From: an uncultured Candidatus Micrarchaeota archaeon
GTDB taxonomy: Archaea; Micrarchaeota; Micrarchaeia; Anstonellales; Bilamarchaeaceae
Length of the DNA: 64,000 nucleotides
Assembly: GCA_963714085.1 (NCBI GenBank)
Contig: OY970229.1
Span: 376,392 to 440,391, forward strand
Reading direction: 5' to 3'
The notes under the pieces were generated by a model. That model was not told where the DNA came from and searched no databases. It saw nothing but the letters and a program-made list of their open reading frames with translations. The translations under genes were made by a program, and so were the position numbers. Numbering within the stretch: the stretch's first letter is position 1; every line of letters starts with the position of its first letter. Below, piece after piece: positions 1-9,989 of the stretch.

Positions 1-2040
1 GATGACTGCGTTGTCAGTCCTGCTCACCATGAAAGCGTTGTTTCCGATGGATCCCGTGACGCTGACGTTATTGACCGTCGAGCCGTCGGCATTGCACAGT
101 ATCGCCTCGGATGCGGGTATGTTGCTCCAGAAGACCGATGAGTTCGCGTATAGTATAGGCAGGCCGCCCGTGCCGGTGTTGCCCGTTATTGCGTTGTCGC
201 AGTCCGCGTCGCTTGTCACGGCGCCGTAAGGCGGAAGGTTATCCACCGTCAGGTCGTACTGGGAGTTGTTCTGTGCCGTGTTGTTGGCCACGATGTTGCC
301 GGATGAATGTTTCAGATAGATGCCGAAGAACGAATTGTCCGTGGCGCTGTCGTTCGTCAGGTTGTTGCCGTATGCGTTCTGCAGCTCGAAGCCGCTCGTG
401 CCGTTCGTGGCGCTGTCGTCGTACAGGGTATCGTTGCCCGCGGAATCCAGGAGATAAAAGCCGATTGTCGAATTGACGACGCTGTTGTCGTATACGACAT
501 CGTTGTCCGATCCGTCGACGCTGATGCCCTTGTTCGAGCTGTTGCCGACGCTGTTGCCGTACAGGGCATTGTCGTCCGATCCGCCCAGGACGATGCCCGC
601 GCCGTTGTTGTCCGCGCTGTTGTTGCACACTGTGTTGTTGACCGAGTAATCGAGCTCGATGCCCTGGTTGCTGCCGCCGGCGCTGTTGTTGCACACGGTG
701 TCGTTGTCCGATCCGCCGACGATGATGCCGTAATGGGCGTTGTTTTGGGCGCTGTTGCCGACCATTGTGTCGTTGTTCGACGCGCTCAGGTAGATGCCGT
801 ACCAGGAATTGGCGTCGAGGCTGTTGTTCTGGACGATGGAATCGTTCGTGTCGCTGAACCAGATGCCGGCCTCGGAGTTGGATCCGGAGACCGTGCCAGA
901 GATGAATTCGGCATCGCTGTCCTCCACATCCAGACCGTTTATCGTGTTGCCTATGGCGGTGTTATTAACGAGCATGCTGTTGTTGTCGGAACCGACGTAG
1001 AAGCCGTCCCCCCCGTCGTAATCGGCGTAGTTGCCCGTGAGGTTGCACCACGATGAGGAGAGAACGAAGCCGTTGTTCCCATCATTGCTGGCGTTGTTGC
1101 CAATGAGCGTGTTGTCCGGCGCATAGCTGGATATCGCGAATCCGGCCGTGACGTAGGGGCTGTCCGCGACGATGTTGCCAGTGAGGTTGTTGAACTGCGA
1201 GAGGGCGCTGTCGTTCTGGCCATCCACCGTGAAACCATCGGACTGGGCGTTGGAGGCGTTGTTGTCGATGAACAGGTTCGAACTGCCGTATGCGAGATAG
1301 TAAGGGTCGGATGCGCTGTCCACACTGTTATCTGAGAAGAGGTTGCCGGACGAGTTCCCTTCGATATCGAAGCCGTAGTTGTTGGAGATCGAGACGACGA
1401 GCACGTTTGCGGTCAGGTTGCTGCCGCTTACGTTGTACAGATAACAAAGAGTCCCGGTACCGTTGCCCTGGACATTGTTGTTGGTGAATAGCAGTCCGGT
1501 TGAATTCTGCAGGTCGAAGCCGATCTCGGAGTAGGCCGTGGCGTCGTCGGTCGCGTTGACGCCGTCGTTCGTGAAATTGAGGTACTGGTCGTTGTAGGCT
1601 GCGAAACCGTCCGACCCCATGCTTATGGCGTTGCTGTTCAGCACGCTGCCCTGGATGACGCCGCTCAGACCGAGGTCGTAGGTGTAGTTCTTCAGGGTGC
1701 AGTTCTCGATCGTGATGTTGGAGTAGGTGCCTGGGGCGGTGCCGTTCGCGATGATTCCGATCTGGAAGGGGCCGTTGGAGGTCAGGCTATGGCCGTTGCA
1801 GTCCAGGACCACGTCCGAGTGCGCGATCACCATGCATGCCGTGCTGACCTGGAATACGGTGGATACGCTGTTCGGAGCGCCCACGACGCCATTGCTGAGC
1901 GCATACTCCCCTGAGGCGCTTATCACGCCGCAGTTAGTCAGATAAGTGGGGGACTGGGCGTGGCTGAGTGGCACGCACGCCAAGCCGAAGAACAAGGCCA
2001 GTAGTAGCACTACGATGGCCGTACTTCCCCTACGGTGCAT
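1..2040 (-). CDS. Giant parallel beta-helix (PbH1/NosD-like repeat) surface protein, paralog 4. N-terminal 680 codons only; the 3' end runs off the left edge.
   Basis: ATG at 2040-2038 on the minus strand. In the plus-strand triplet frame 1-3, 4-6, ... I checked the triplets for tta/cta/tca over most of the region and found none, so the ORF is open to position 1. It is absent from the ORF track because it has no stop in the window. Own translation: MHRRGSTAIVVLLLALFFGLACVPLSHAQSPTY..., followed by ~22-aa coils (..NNTVCNNSADNNGAGIVLGGSDDNALYGNSVGNSSNKGISVDGS..). It shares the junction motif DCxNxITGNTGTGGLPILY with 28164-35789. Confidence 0.85.
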   Translation of the reverse strand, partial: MHRRGSTAIVVLLLALFFGLACVPLSHAQSPTYLTNCGVISASGEYALSNGVVGAPNSVSTVFQVSTACMVIAHSDVVLDCNGHSLTSNGPFQIGIIANGTAPGTYSNITIENCTLKNYTYDLGLSGVIQGSVLNSNAISMGSDGFAAYNDQYLNFTNDGVNATDDATAYSEIGFDLQNSTGLLFTNNNVQGNGTGTLCYLYNVSGSNLTANVLVVSISNNYGFDIEGNSSGNLFSDNSVDSASDPYYLAYGSSNLFIDNNASNAQSDGFTVDGQNDSALSQFNNLTGNIVADSPYVTAGFAISSYAPDNTLIGNNASNDGNNGFVLSSSWCNLTGNYADYDGGDGFYVGSDNNSMLVNNTAIGNTINGLDVEDSDAEFISGTVSGSNSEAGIWFSDTNDSIVQNNSLDANSWYGIYLSASNNDTMVGNSAQNNAHYGIIVGGSDNDTVCNNSAGGSNQGIELDYSVNNTVCNNSADNNGAGIVLGGSDDNALYGNSVGNSSNKGISVDGSDNDVVYDNSVVNSTIGFYLLDSAGNDTLYDDSATNGTSGFELQNAYGNNLTNDSATDNSFFGIYLKHSSGNIVANNTAQNNSQYDLTVDNLPPYGAVTSDADCDNAITGNTGTGGLPILYANSSVFWSNIPASEAILCNADGSTVNNVSVTGSIGNNAFMVSRTDNAVI

Positions 2041-2060
2041 GCATCTGTTACTTATACATC

Positions 2061-2071
2061 ATTTAAAAAGA
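2061..2071 (-). promoter_or_regulatory. TATA box of giant paralog 4
   Basis: The minus strand reads aatCTTTTTAAATg, then 20 nt, then ATG(2040). The same box and spacing occur at 35809, 42570 and 48078. Confidence 0.5.
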
Positions 2072-2150
2072 TTCTTGCTCGGTGAGCATGACGGAACCGC
2101 GCTCGCCAAGCATTTTAAAGCACGCGTGAGGAAACCGTTCGGTGGTTGAT

Positions 2151-2423
2151 ATGGTTGAAACGATAGATGAATTCGCGGACGAGCTGAAAGACATCCGCGC
2201 GGAGATGAGGGAGAAGGGCGCCTACGCTGATGCGAAGCTCGTGGCGAGCTGGCTGGACCGGCTGGTGGAGGCCATGGAGAGCCTGACCCCGATGCTCGGC
2301 CTCATGGGCGAAAGCATCGAGCAGGTCGCCGAGAACGAGCCCTGCGACTGCTGCAGCGGGATGGCCGCGCCGAAGAAAGCTAAGAAGGCTGCCAAGCCTA
2401 TGAAGGCGAAGAAGAGGAGATAG
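2151..2423 (+). CDS. Small hypothetical protein with a CDCC motif and a Lys-rich tail
   Basis: The track ORF at 2142 begins at GTG. ATG 2151 is preceded by ggtgg (2141-2145), and cattttaaag lies at 2111-2120. The protein is acidic and helical, then ends ..CDCCSGMAAPKKAKKAAKPMKAKKRR. I recognise no family. Confidence 0.5.
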   Translation: MVETIDEFADELKDIRAEMREKGAYADAKLVASWLDRLVEAMESLTPMLGLMGESIEQVAENEPCDCCSGMAAPKKAKKAAKPMKAKKRR

Positions 2424-2483
2424 GCACCGATAAAAAAATCAAGATTCGGATCGGACGCGCGACGCAATCCGCCCGCGCGCCAG

Positions 2484-2521
2484 TTTTTTTTGTTCCGCGT
2501 TTTTTTTGCTGGAATTTTTTT
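2484..2521 (+). terminator. Three oligo-T tracts (T8, T8, T7) in a convergent intergenic region
   Basis: T runs at 2484-2491, 2500-2507 and 2515-2521, downstream of 2151-2423. A7 at 2432-2438 gives a T7 run for the minus-strand gene ending at 2530. Oligo-T is the usual archaeal termination signal. Confidence 0.5.
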
Positions 2522-2529
2522 GTTTGAAA

Positions 2530-4965
2530 TTATTCCCAGATGCCGTTTATCTTCTTCTTGCAGAAGCGGCATGCGCCTTTGATTATGTTGTTCGATGCCA
2601 CTGAGAAGCCCATCCGCTCGACGAGCGTTTTGCCGCACGAGGGGCAGTACGTGGTCTCGTACTGCGAATAGGAGAACGGCACGTTGCCGGTGTAGACGTG
2701 CTCCAATCCCGCGGCCTTCCCCAGCTCCCTCGCGCGCATGAGGACCTCAGGCGCGGTCGGCTCCTTGTCCAGCATCTTGTAATCAGGATGGAACGCGGTG
2801 ACGTGCCACGGCATGCCCTTGTCTATGGCCGCGAGCCACTCGGCCTCGGCCTTGAGCTCCCCCATGTCGTCGTTCTCCCCCGGGACTATGAGCGTGGTGA
2901 CCTCCACCCAGATGCCGCGCTTCTTCGCCAGCTTTATGGACTCCTTCACCGGCTCCATGTCCGCCTTGCAGAGGTTGCCGTAGAACTTCTGGTTGAACGC
3001 CTTGAGGTCTATGTTCGCCGCGTCCAGTTTCCCCTTGAGAGCGTCCCAGCACTCAGGCGTCTCGTAGCCGTTGGTGACGTAGACGTGCTTGAGCCCCGTG
3101 CCCTTGGCCGCGTCCATCACGTCCAGCGCGTATTCCGTGAATATCGTCGGCTCGTTATAGGTGTATGCTATCGATTTGCATCCGGCTGCGAGCGCGTTCT
3201 CCACGACCTTTTCCGGAGGGAGCGAGACCTTGCTGCGCTCCACGAGCCGCTCGAAATACTCCCTCCAGCCCTTGGGGTCATGCAGACGCGCCTCCTGCGG
3301 CGCCTGGGAGATGTCCCAGTTCTGGCAGTTGCAGACTGCCACGAAATTGGCGAGGTAGGAATGTTCTTCTTCCACTTCGCAGTTGTACACGTGGCCGCGG
3401 TATGCTTTCTTTTCTATCTTGAACACCGGAACGAGCCAGTGATCGGGTGTCTCCCTGAATCTTAGGTTCTCCTCGCTCTTTTTCCTTAGTTTATAGCTGG
3501 TATTCCCGAGGAACGATTCCCTGAATTTCTCAGCCTTCAGTTTCACGTAATAAAGGGTGGACTGGTTCACTGTCCTGCCTTCTATCATCTTTGTCTTAGG
3601 CGGGCTCCACACGTAGAAGCTCGGAAGATAACCTAGAAGAAGGAGGAGATGATACAGCCCCATGGCTAATCTCCTGGAAACGGTGTTGAATGCGATGTTG
3701 TCTTTGAGCACGCAGCCGCCCCCGGCGAGGAACGCCTTCATGAAGGAATGGATGACCGCGCGCTTCGAGCGTGCGATCTCTGACGGGACCTTCTTGTTGT
3801 GCGCCTTGTTTCCGCACAAGTCGGTGAGCAGGATTCCGAGAGACGACTTGCCTGCCTCCATGGTGATTGTCGTCCTCCGCGTCACGATTTTCGGCGTTAT
3901 GCCGAAGATTTTTCTCAGCAGGTATGCGGTCCGTTTTATAAGCGCAACCTCGTGCCTCCCATAGGAGAAGACCACGTTGAAGGAGCTCGGCCTGTCCGCG
4001 CATTTCGTGGAATGACCTTCTGCGCAATAATACCCGATCAACTCCGCGAACTCCTCGTCAACGGGGATCGCAGCGGGTATGCCGTCGCCCTTTTCCATCT
4101 TGAACCTGACACGCCCCGCGGACCGCATCACAGTGTTATCGTGCGTGGGGGAGCCGATGCCCCTGTTCCGCCTGCTCAGTATTCCCCTCACGGACGAAGG
4201 GTTCAACGACAAGGCGGCACCGATTTCACGGGAGCTTCTTCCAGAGTTCTTCATCTCGATTATCTTTGAGAGGACCGCTTTGGACGTCACCCTCCCATGC
4301 CTGATTTTGGAGATATACTTGCCGAGGAGGTCTTCGGAGTCCAACAGCACGTCCTCATCCTTCGTCTTCAGCTTGGGGACCATGAGCAGATCCCCCTTCC
4401 TCAGCTTTCCCGCAGGGACTTTCTCGATCGCACCGTTCTTATATACGAAAATCCTGTGCTCTGGCGTGCAGGTTATGGCAGGCGCATGCCTCGGCTTGAC
4501 GGTTACCATATCGCCCTCGTAGAAATGCCTGAAGACCTTGGCTATGCTTTCCCTTCTTCCGGATGCGGTTATGGTCTTCCTGTCGCCTGCGATGCCTATT
4601 TCTCCATGCGCTCCCCTTATCGTCCTTGTGCAGCGATCGAACTCTTCCTCGAGGCTTTTTATGGAATCGTCGTTCACGATCGTGCTATCTGGCAGGAAGC
4701 AGAAGGAGCATGAAAAATTACATCCGAAAGTCCCGATGGAATAGCTCGTGGTGCCTGGCAGGAAATGGAACATCGGTTTTTTCTCCACCGGGTCCACCCA
4801 CACCGCGCACGGCTTCCCGTAGACCAGGAGGTTGAATTTCCCGTCATCATTGGCGCGCACGCCGCAGTAGCCGACCTGGCCCGGCGCGATGCGGCAGTAG
4901 CGGTTGCAGGCGCAGCAGGTGAATGTCTTCCCCTTCTTATTCTTTATGAGCGGCTTGGCTTTCAT
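2530..4965 (-). CDS. amrS: AmmeMemoRadiSam-system-type radical SAM enzyme interrupted by a 458-aa intein
   Basis: The exteins read ..YGKPCAVWVDPVEKKPMFHFLPGTTSYSIGTFGCNFSCSF / CQNWDISQAP...YTYNEPTIFTEY...VTNGY..., with a C-terminal CPSC..CRFC. This is typical of the family. The track start at 4974 is GTG; the first ATG is at 4965. Confidence 0.9.
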   Translation of the reverse strand: MKAKPLIKNKKGKTFTCCACNRYCRIAPGQVGYCGVRANDDGKFNLLVYGKPCAVWVDPVEKKPMFHFLPGTTSYSIGTFGCNFSCSFCFLPDSTIVNDDSIKSLEEEFDRCTRTIRGAHGEIGIAGDRKTITASGRRESIAKVFRHFYEGDMVTVKPRHAPAITCTPEHRIFVYKNGAIEKVPAGKLRKGDLLMVPKLKTKDEDVLLDSEDLLGKYISKIRHGRVTSKAVLSKIIEMKNSGRSSREIGAALSLNPSSVRGILSRRNRGIGSPTHDNTVMRSAGRVRFKMEKGDGIPAAIPVDEEFAELIGYYCAEGHSTKCADRPSSFNVVFSYGRHEVALIKRTAYLLRKIFGITPKIVTRRTTITMEAGKSSLGILLTDLCGNKAHNKKVPSEIARSKRAVIHSFMKAFLAGGGCVLKDNIAFNTVSRRLAMGLYHLLLLLGYLPSFYVWSPPKTKMIEGRTVNQSTLYYVKLKAEKFRESFLGNTSYKLRKKSEENLRFRETPDHWLVPVFKIEKKAYRGHVYNCEVEEEHSYLANFVAVCNCQNWDISQAPQEARLHDPKGWREYFERLVERSKVSLPPEKVVENALAAGCKSIAYTYNEPTIFTEYALDVMDAAKGTGLKHVYVTNGYETPECWDALKGKLDAANIDLKAFNQKFYGNLCKADMEPVKESIKLAKKRGIWVEVTTLIVPGENDDMGELKAEAEWLAAIDKGMPWHVTAFHPDYKMLDKEPTAPEVLMRARELGKAAGLEHVYTGNVPFSYSQYETTYCPSCGKTLVERMGFSVASNNIIKGACRFCKKKINGIWE
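3328..4701 (-). mobile_element. Intein with a LAGLIDADG homing-endonuclease domain (458 aa)
   Basis: It starts with Cys (CFLPDSTIV). Block B is TCTPEHRIFV. Two LAGLIDADG-like motifs are present (ELIGYYCAEGHS and FMKAFLAGGGCV). The C-terminal blocks read GHVYNCEVEEEHSYLANFVAVCN, followed by the +1 Cys of CQNWDIS. I verified the boundary codons on the DNA: Asn at 3330-3328 and the +1 Cys at 3327-3325. Confidence 0.85.
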
Positions 4966-5026
4966 GGATGCCACGTGCGGCTATCGGCAACAAGTAATAA
5001 AAAACCAGACGGAGCATCCTACAATC

Positions 5027-5617
5027 ATGGATTTCCTTCCGTTCATACAGGCATTCGTGCTCCTGATCGTCATCATGGACCCGCTGCTGAGCATGGCCGC
5101 GTTCCTGTCCATGACCAAGGGCCTGAGCAAGAAGGAGCGCGACCTCTGCGCGGCAAAGGCCGTGGTCGTGGCCGCCGTGCCCCTGTTCCTCTTCCTGCTC
5201 GCCGGGAACGTGCTACTCGATATAATGAAAGTGGATATAGAGACGTTCAAGGCAGCCGGAGGGCTGATACTGGTGCTGCTCGGCATCCAGCTCTCGCTGG
5301 GCGTGTCTTTCATGAAGCAGGACAACGGGGAGGACGCCCATGACACCAGCGCCATCGCGTCGGTGATCGGCACCCCGCTCATAACCGGGCCCGCGACGAT
5401 ATCCGCGGCCATCATCCTCTCCAACGAGTTCGGCATGGGCGTCACCGCGGTCGCAGGTGTCGGCGCGCTGCTGGTGATATGGCTCGCGCTCATGGCAGGG
5501 ACGCTAATGTACAAGTACCTGGGCCGCACCGGAGTCCGCGTGCTCTCCACCATGATGGGACTCGTCACAATCGCGTGGGGCGTGGCTTTCATAAAGGCGG
5601 GATTCTTCGGGCCGTGA
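5027..5617 (+). CDS. MarC-family (UPF0056) integral membrane protein
   Basis: MDFLPFIQAFVLLIVIMDPLLSMAAFLSMTKGLSKKER... is a multi-TM, MarC-like N-terminus. I chose ATG 5027; the track start at 4904 would overlap the divergent gene. A TATA-like aataaaaaa lies ~25 nt upstream. Confidence 0.85.
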   Translation: MDFLPFIQAFVLLIVIMDPLLSMAAFLSMTKGLSKKERDLCAAKAVVVAAVPLFLFLLAGNVLLDIMKVDIETFKAAGGLILVLLGIQLSLGVSFMKQDNGEDAHDTSAIASVIGTPLITGPATISAAIILSNEFGMGVTAVAGVGALLVIWLALMAGTLMYKYLGRTGVRVLSTMMGLVTIAWGVAFIKAGFFGP

Positions 5618-5652
5618 GTTTGCCTGTAGCCAGTGCACTAAACGTATATAAT

Positions 5653-5718
5653 CTATCATTTTGATTATTTTTCATACGAAATGATAGTCATTTTGGATTA
5701 TTATAAGACGAAATGATA
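5653..5718. terminator. Two tandem AT-rich hairpins between convergent marC-like and dnaJ genes
   Basis: ctatcattt (5653-5661) pairs with aaatgatag (5679-5687). A second, similar unit has tcatttt (5688-5694) pairing with aaatga (5711-5716). The units are ~34 bp and clearly related (cattttgattatt vs cattttggattatt). Confidence 0.4.
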
Positions 5719-5723
5719 TTGGC

Positions 5724-6878
5724 TCAGAAGACCCCCTTGAAAACGTTCTCCCAGAATCCCTTCTTCTTGCTCTCGCCGCTCTCCTTCGCGAACTGCTCGA
5801 GGAGTTCTTTCTGCTTGGCCGCGAGCTTCTTCGGCACCTCGACGGTGACGCGGACCATCCCGTCGCCCTTCCTTCCGCTGCGGATGTCCGGCATCCCCTC
5901 GCCTTTCAACCTGAAGACCGTGCCGGGCTGCGTGCCCGGAGGTATGGAGAGCTTGACGTGGCCTGATAATGTCGGGACGTCCATCTTGCCTCCTAATGCC
6001 GCCATGCTGAACGAGATTGGCGCGTCCAGCCAGAGCTCGTCGCCATTGCGTTGCAGGAATTTGTGCGGCTTCACGCGCACCAGGACGTAGAGGTCCCCCG
6101 GTCCGTCGCGGCCGTATTCGCCCAGGCCTTCGAGCCTTATGCGCATGCCGTTCTCTATGCCAGCGGGGATGGTGACCTTTATGTGCTCCTTCTCGCGCAC
6201 CCTGCCCGAGCCGCCGCAGTCCTTGCACGGGTTGCTGATGATCGCGCCCTCGCCCCTGCACCTGGGGCACGTGGTGACGGTGAAGAATGACATCCCTCCC
6301 ATGCGCCTGCCCTGCTGCACCTGGCCGCTCCCCCTGCACTGGTCGCAGGTGGCCGCCTTGGAGCCGGGCTCGGCCCCGCTGCCTTCGCAGCGGCCGCACT
6401 CCTTGGTGCGGTACATCTCGACTTCCTGCTTCGCGCCGCTCGCCGCCTCCTCCAGGCTTATGCCGAGCTCGGCCTCCAGGTCCGCGCCGAACTCGCGCCT
6501 CCTGCCCTTCCTGCCCCCGAAGACAGAGCTGAACGCGCTGTTCCCGAAGGGGCTGCTTCCGCCGAACCCGAAATTCCGCAGGACGTCCTCGAGGTCCCCG
6601 AAGTCGCTGAAATCCGCGCCGCGGAAGATGTCCTCGTTGGTGTACATGCGGTCGAAGCCAGCATGGCCGTACTGGTCGTACTGGCTGCGCTTGTTGTCAT
6701 CGCTGAGCACCGCGTACGCCTCGCTCATCTCCTTGAACTTGGCCGCCGCGTCCGCTGACTTATTGCGGTCCGGATGCAATTCGAACGCCAGTTTGCGGTA
6801 TGCTTTCTTGATGTCGTCCTTGCTGGCGTTCTTCGGGACTCCGAGGATCTCGTAATAATCGCGCTTTTCCGATGCCAT
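5724..6878 (-). CDS. dnaJ: Chaperone DnaJ (Hsp40)
   Basis: J domain with HPD (LHPDRN), a G/F-rich region, four CxxCxGxG zinc-finger repeats, and a C-terminal substrate-binding domain. Confidence 0.95.
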   Translation of the reverse strand: MASEKRDYYEILGVPKNASKDDIKKAYRKLAFELHPDRNKSADAAAKFKEMSEAYAVLSDDNKRSQYDQYGHAGFDRMYTNEDIFRGADFSDFGDLEDVLRNFGFGGSSPFGNSAFSSVFGGRKGRRREFGADLEAELGISLEEAASGAKQEVEMYRTKECGRCEGSGAEPGSKAATCDQCRGSGQVQQGRRMGGMSFFTVTTCPRCRGEGAIISNPCKDCGGSGRVREKEHIKVTIPAGIENGMRIRLEGLGEYGRDGPGDLYVLVRVKPHKFLQRNGDELWLDAPISFSMAALGGKMDVPTLSGHVKLSIPPGTQPGTVFRLKGEGMPDIRSGRKGDGMVRVTVEVPKKLAAKQKELLEQFAKESGESKKKGFWENVFKGVF

Positions 6879-6889
6879 GATGCAGCGCC

Positions 6890-7228
6890 TCAGCGGTAGG
6901 AGTTGTTATGCCGCTCGCTAGCAAGGTTCGCCCATACGCGTTGCACATCGATGGAGAACTCCGCGACATCGTACGGGACCACGGCGCGGCGGAAGACCGC
7001 TTCGGCCTGGCGCCTGGGCTCGGGCTGTTTCGGGGCTTTCTCCTTCCCGGTCAGCACAGCGTACGCCTCGCGCACCTGCTTGAATTTCTCCGCGGCCTCG
7101 GGCGATCCGTTGCGGTCCGGATGGTAGCGCATGGCGAGCTTGCGGTACGCGCGGCGTATCTGCGCGGCTGACGCTCCCACTGCCACGCCCAATACCTTGT
7201 AGTAGTCGCTCTCGCTTTTCACTGCCAT
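6890..7228 (-). CDS. J-domain-only co-chaperone (112 aa)
   Basis: [59 protein letters not shown] has an intact HPD. It lacks the G/F region and the zinc finger. It sits between dnaK and dnaJ. Confidence 0.85.
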   Translation of the reverse strand: MAVKSESDYYKVLGVAVGASAAQIRRAYRKLAMRYHPDRNGSPEAAEKFKQVREAYAVLTGKEKAPKQPEPRRQAEAVFRRAVVPYDVAEFSIDVQRVWANLASERHNNSYR

Positions 7229-7263
7229 GCGCTAACCTTGCGTGTTCCGCCTTTTATTTCTTC

Positions 7264-9237
7264 TTATTTCTTCTCATCGTCCATCTTCTCGTATTCGCCT
7301 TCCACGACATCGCCGCCCGGACCGCGCTTCTTTTTCTTTCCAGCCGAGGCTCCGGCGCCTTCTCCGGGGCCCCACGCCTCGGAGCCGGGTCCGCCGCTTG
7401 TACCTCCAGGACCTCCGCCCATGTTCGGCCCTGCGCCGGCTCCGCCCTGCTGCTGGTAGATGGCGCTGCCCGCCTCCTGCATCACGGCTTTCAACGCCTC
7501 GATGTCCGTGCGCATCGCCGCGACGTCTTCTCCTTTCATGGTCTCCTTGAGCTTCTCCGCCGCCTTGGTTATCCGCTCCTTGATCTCAGCGGACAGCTTG
7601 TCCTTCAGCTCCTTGTCATTCACTTCCTTCTCCGCGATGTAGACCAGGGATTCGGCCTCGTTGCGCGTGGTCGCGAGCTCGAGCGCCTTCTTGTCCGCGT
7701 CCGAGTATTCCTCGGCCTCCTTCATCTTGGACTTTATCTCGTCGTCGCGCATCTTGAGCGGCGCGATTATCTTCATCTTCTGCTCCTTGCCAGTGCCCAT
7801 GTCCTTCGCGGTCACATGCAGTATGCCGTTCGCGTCTATGTCGAACGAGACCTCGATCTGCGGCACGCCCCTGGGCGCAGGCGGGATGCCCACGAGCTGG
7901 AACCTGCCCAGCTCCACGTTGTCCTTGGCCATGGGCCTCTCGCCCTGGAGCACGTGTATGTCCACCGCGGTCTGGAAGTCCGCTGCAGTGGAGAACACCT
8001 GGCTTTTCGCCACTGGGATCGTGGTGTTCCGCTCTATGAGCTTGGTTGACACCGCGCCCAGAGTTTCTATGCCGAGGGATAACGGCGTGACATCGAGCAA
8101 CAGTATGTCGCGCACCTCTCCTGCGAGCACGCCGGCCTGTATGGCCGCGCCTTGGGCCACGCATTCCATGGGGTCCACTCCGCGTTCCACGCGCGTGCCG
8201 ACGAGGTCCTCCACGAATTTCTGCACTATGGGCATGCGCGTCGGGCCGCCGACAAGTATTATCTTGTCTATCTGCCTGGGGCTGAGCTTGGCGTCCGAGA
8301 GCGCGCGCTCCACCGGGCCGCGGCACTTGTCTATTATCGGCCTCACCAGGTCCTCGAGCTTCGCGCGCGTGAGCGTGTACTTGAAGTGCTTGGGCTGGTT
8401 GTTCACCGAAGCCAGGAACGGCAGGTTGACCTCGCTCTCCAGCGTGGTGGACAGCTCGATCTTCGCCTTCTCCGCTGCCTCCAGTATCCTCATCTTGGCC
8501 TGCGGGTCGCTTGATATGTCCACCCCGGACTCCTTCCTGAACTGGTCAGTGAGGAACTCCGAGATTATCCGGTCCATGTCCGTGCCGCCCAGCTGCGTGT
8601 CCCCGCTCGTGGCCTTGACCTCGAATACCCCGCCTCCGAAATCCATGATCGTGACATCCAGCGTGCCTCCGCCGAAGTCGAACACCATTATCTTCATGTC
8701 CTTGCCGACCTTGTCCACGCCGTATGCTAGGCATGCTGTGGTCGGCTCGTTGACCAGGCGCACGACTTCCAGCCCCGCGATCTCTCCCGCGTCCTTGGTC
8801 GCCTGGCGCTGGTTGTCGTTGAAGTACGCCGGCACTGTGATGACCGCCTTGCTTATGGGCTCGCCGATGAACGCCTCCGCGTCCTTCTTTATCTTCTGGA
8901 GCAGCATGGCTGAGAGCTCCTGCGGCCTGTACTCCTTGCCGAAGATATTGTATTTGTATTCGGTGCCCATCTTGCGCTTGAACGCGGTGAGCGTGCCTTC
9001 CGGATTCGAGACCGCCTGCCTGCGCGCCGGCTCCCCGATTATCCTCTTGCCGTCCTTGGTGAACGCGACGTAGCTCGGGAACGCCTTGCCGTACTGCGTG
9101 ATGCCTTCGGCGCTGGGGATTATCACCGGCCGTCCTGCCTCCAATACCGCTGCGGCTGAGTTCGATGTCCCCAAATCCACGCCTAATATTTTACTCGTCT
9201 TCCTTCCCTGTTTCGATTCCTCTTTTTTCTCTGCCAT
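7264..9237 (-). CDS. dnaK: Chaperone DnaK (Hsp70)
   Basis: [15 protein letters not shown]..., [10 protein letters not shown]-type motifs and a G/P-rich C-terminal tail. gaggtgg lies upstream of the ATG. Confidence 0.97.
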   Translation of the reverse strand: MAEKKEESKQGRKTSKILGVDLGTSNSAAAVLEAGRPVIIPSAEGITQYGKAFPSYVAFTKDGKRIIGEPARRQAVSNPEGTLTAFKRKMGTEYKYNIFGKEYRPQELSAMLLQKIKKDAEAFIGEPISKAVITVPAYFNDNQRQATKDAGEIAGLEVVRLVNEPTTACLAYGVDKVGKDMKIMVFDFGGGTLDVTIMDFGGGVFEVKATSGDTQLGGTDMDRIISEFLTDQFRKESGVDISSDPQAKMRILEAAEKAKIELSTTLESEVNLPFLASVNNQPKHFKYTLTRAKLEDLVRPIIDKCRGPVERALSDAKLSPRQIDKIILVGGPTRMPIVQKFVEDLVGTRVERGVDPMECVAQGAAIQAGVLAGEVRDILLLDVTPLSLGIETLGAVSTKLIERNTTIPVAKSQVFSTAADFQTAVDIHVLQGERPMAKDNVELGRFQLVGIPPAPRGVPQIEVSFDIDANGILHVTAKDMGTGKEQKMKIIAPLKMRDDEIKSKMKEAEEYSDADKKALELATTRNEAESLVYIAEKEVNDKELKDKLSAEIKERITKAAEKLKETMKGEDVAAMRTDIEALKAVMQEAGSAIYQQQGGAGAGPNMGGGPGGTSGGPGSEAWGPGEGAGASAGKKKKRGPGGDVVEGEYEKMDDEKK

Positions 9238-9257
9238 TTTCCCACCTCTAGTAATAT

Positions 9258-9368
9258 TCAGGACGCGATCCCTATCCGGACCGGCCTGTTCATGAGCGCC
9301 AGGAGCGCCATCTCCTGCTCGCTGAGATTCGGAACACCCTTCTTTTCCTTCACGGCGATATCGTTCAT
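9258..9368 (-). CDS. Possible 36-codon ORF translationally coupled to grpE
   Basis: My own reading gives [36 protein letters not shown]. Its ATG (9368-9366) overlaps the grpE stop (9367-9365) as ATGA. It fills the grpE-dnaK gap and is below the ORF-track size cutoff. I know of no homology. Confidence 0.25.
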   Translation of the reverse strand: MNDIAVKEKKGVPNLSEQEMALLALMNRPVRIGIAS

Positions 9369-9922
9369 TTCTTCGCCTCCTTCTCTTCGGTTTTCTCCTC
9401 TTTTTTCCTGCTCACGACGACCATCGCGTGCCGTAGCACGTTGTCCTTGAACAGGTAGCCCTTCTTCATGACTTCCACGATTTTATTATCCTCCTTGCCT
9501 TCCACGGTCCGCACGGCCTCGTGCCTGTAGGGATCGAACGCCTCTCCAACGCATTTCATCTCCACCAGGCCCTCTTTCTCCAGGACGTGGAGGAATTTCT
9601 TATGCAGCATCTCGAGCCCGTGCCGCATGTCCTTGGCGCCTGCGTTCTGCGTGGCCGCGATCGCGATCTCAAGCTCGTCCAGGATGGGAAGGAGCTTGAG
9701 GATGGTGGCCGCGGAGCCCGCGAGCAGGAGGGTCTCGCGCTCCTTCGCGGTCCGCTTCTGGTAGTTCTCGAATTCGGCCTGGAGCCTTTTGAGCTGGTCC
9801 TCCAGGTCGGCCATGCGCTCGGCATCGGTCTCTTTTATTAGCTTCTGCTCCTCATGCTTTATCAGCTCCGGCTTGTCCGGGGCAGCGAGCTTATCGGGCG
9901 CGGCCTCTTTTTTCGGGTCCAT
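9365..9922 (-). CDS. grpE: Nucleotide exchange factor GrpE
   Basis: Coiled-coil N-terminus, then ..[12 protein letters not shown]...HEAV...V..KGY, which is GrpE-like. The track start at 9955 is TTG. The first ATG is at 9922, and aaaatataaa (complement of 9941-9950) lies 19-28 nt upstream. Confidence 0.9.
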   Translation of the reverse strand: MDPKKEAAPDKLAAPDKPELIKHEEQKLIKETDAERMADLEDQLKRLQAEFENYQKRTAKERETLLLAGSAATILKLLPILDELEIAIAATQNAGAKDMRHGLEMLHKKFLHVLEKEGLVEMKCVGEAFDPYRHEAVRTVEGKEDNKIVEVMKKGYLFKDNVLRHAMVVVSRKKEEKTEEKEAKK

Positions 9923-9962
9923 GCAACCACTTCCAAATGTTTTATATTTTAACAAATTGTTT

Positions 9963-9988
9963 AATATTTAGAAAGGTTTTTAAATATT
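9963..9988. promoter_or_regulatory. Perfect 8-bp inverted repeat AATATTTA-N10-TAAATATT in the grpE / wHTH divergent promoter region
   Basis: aatattta at 9963-9970 and taaatatt at 9981-9988. It overlaps TATA-like elements for both divergent genes. It is a candidate operator for the adjacent wHTH regulator. Confidence 0.4.
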
Positions 9989-9989
9989 C

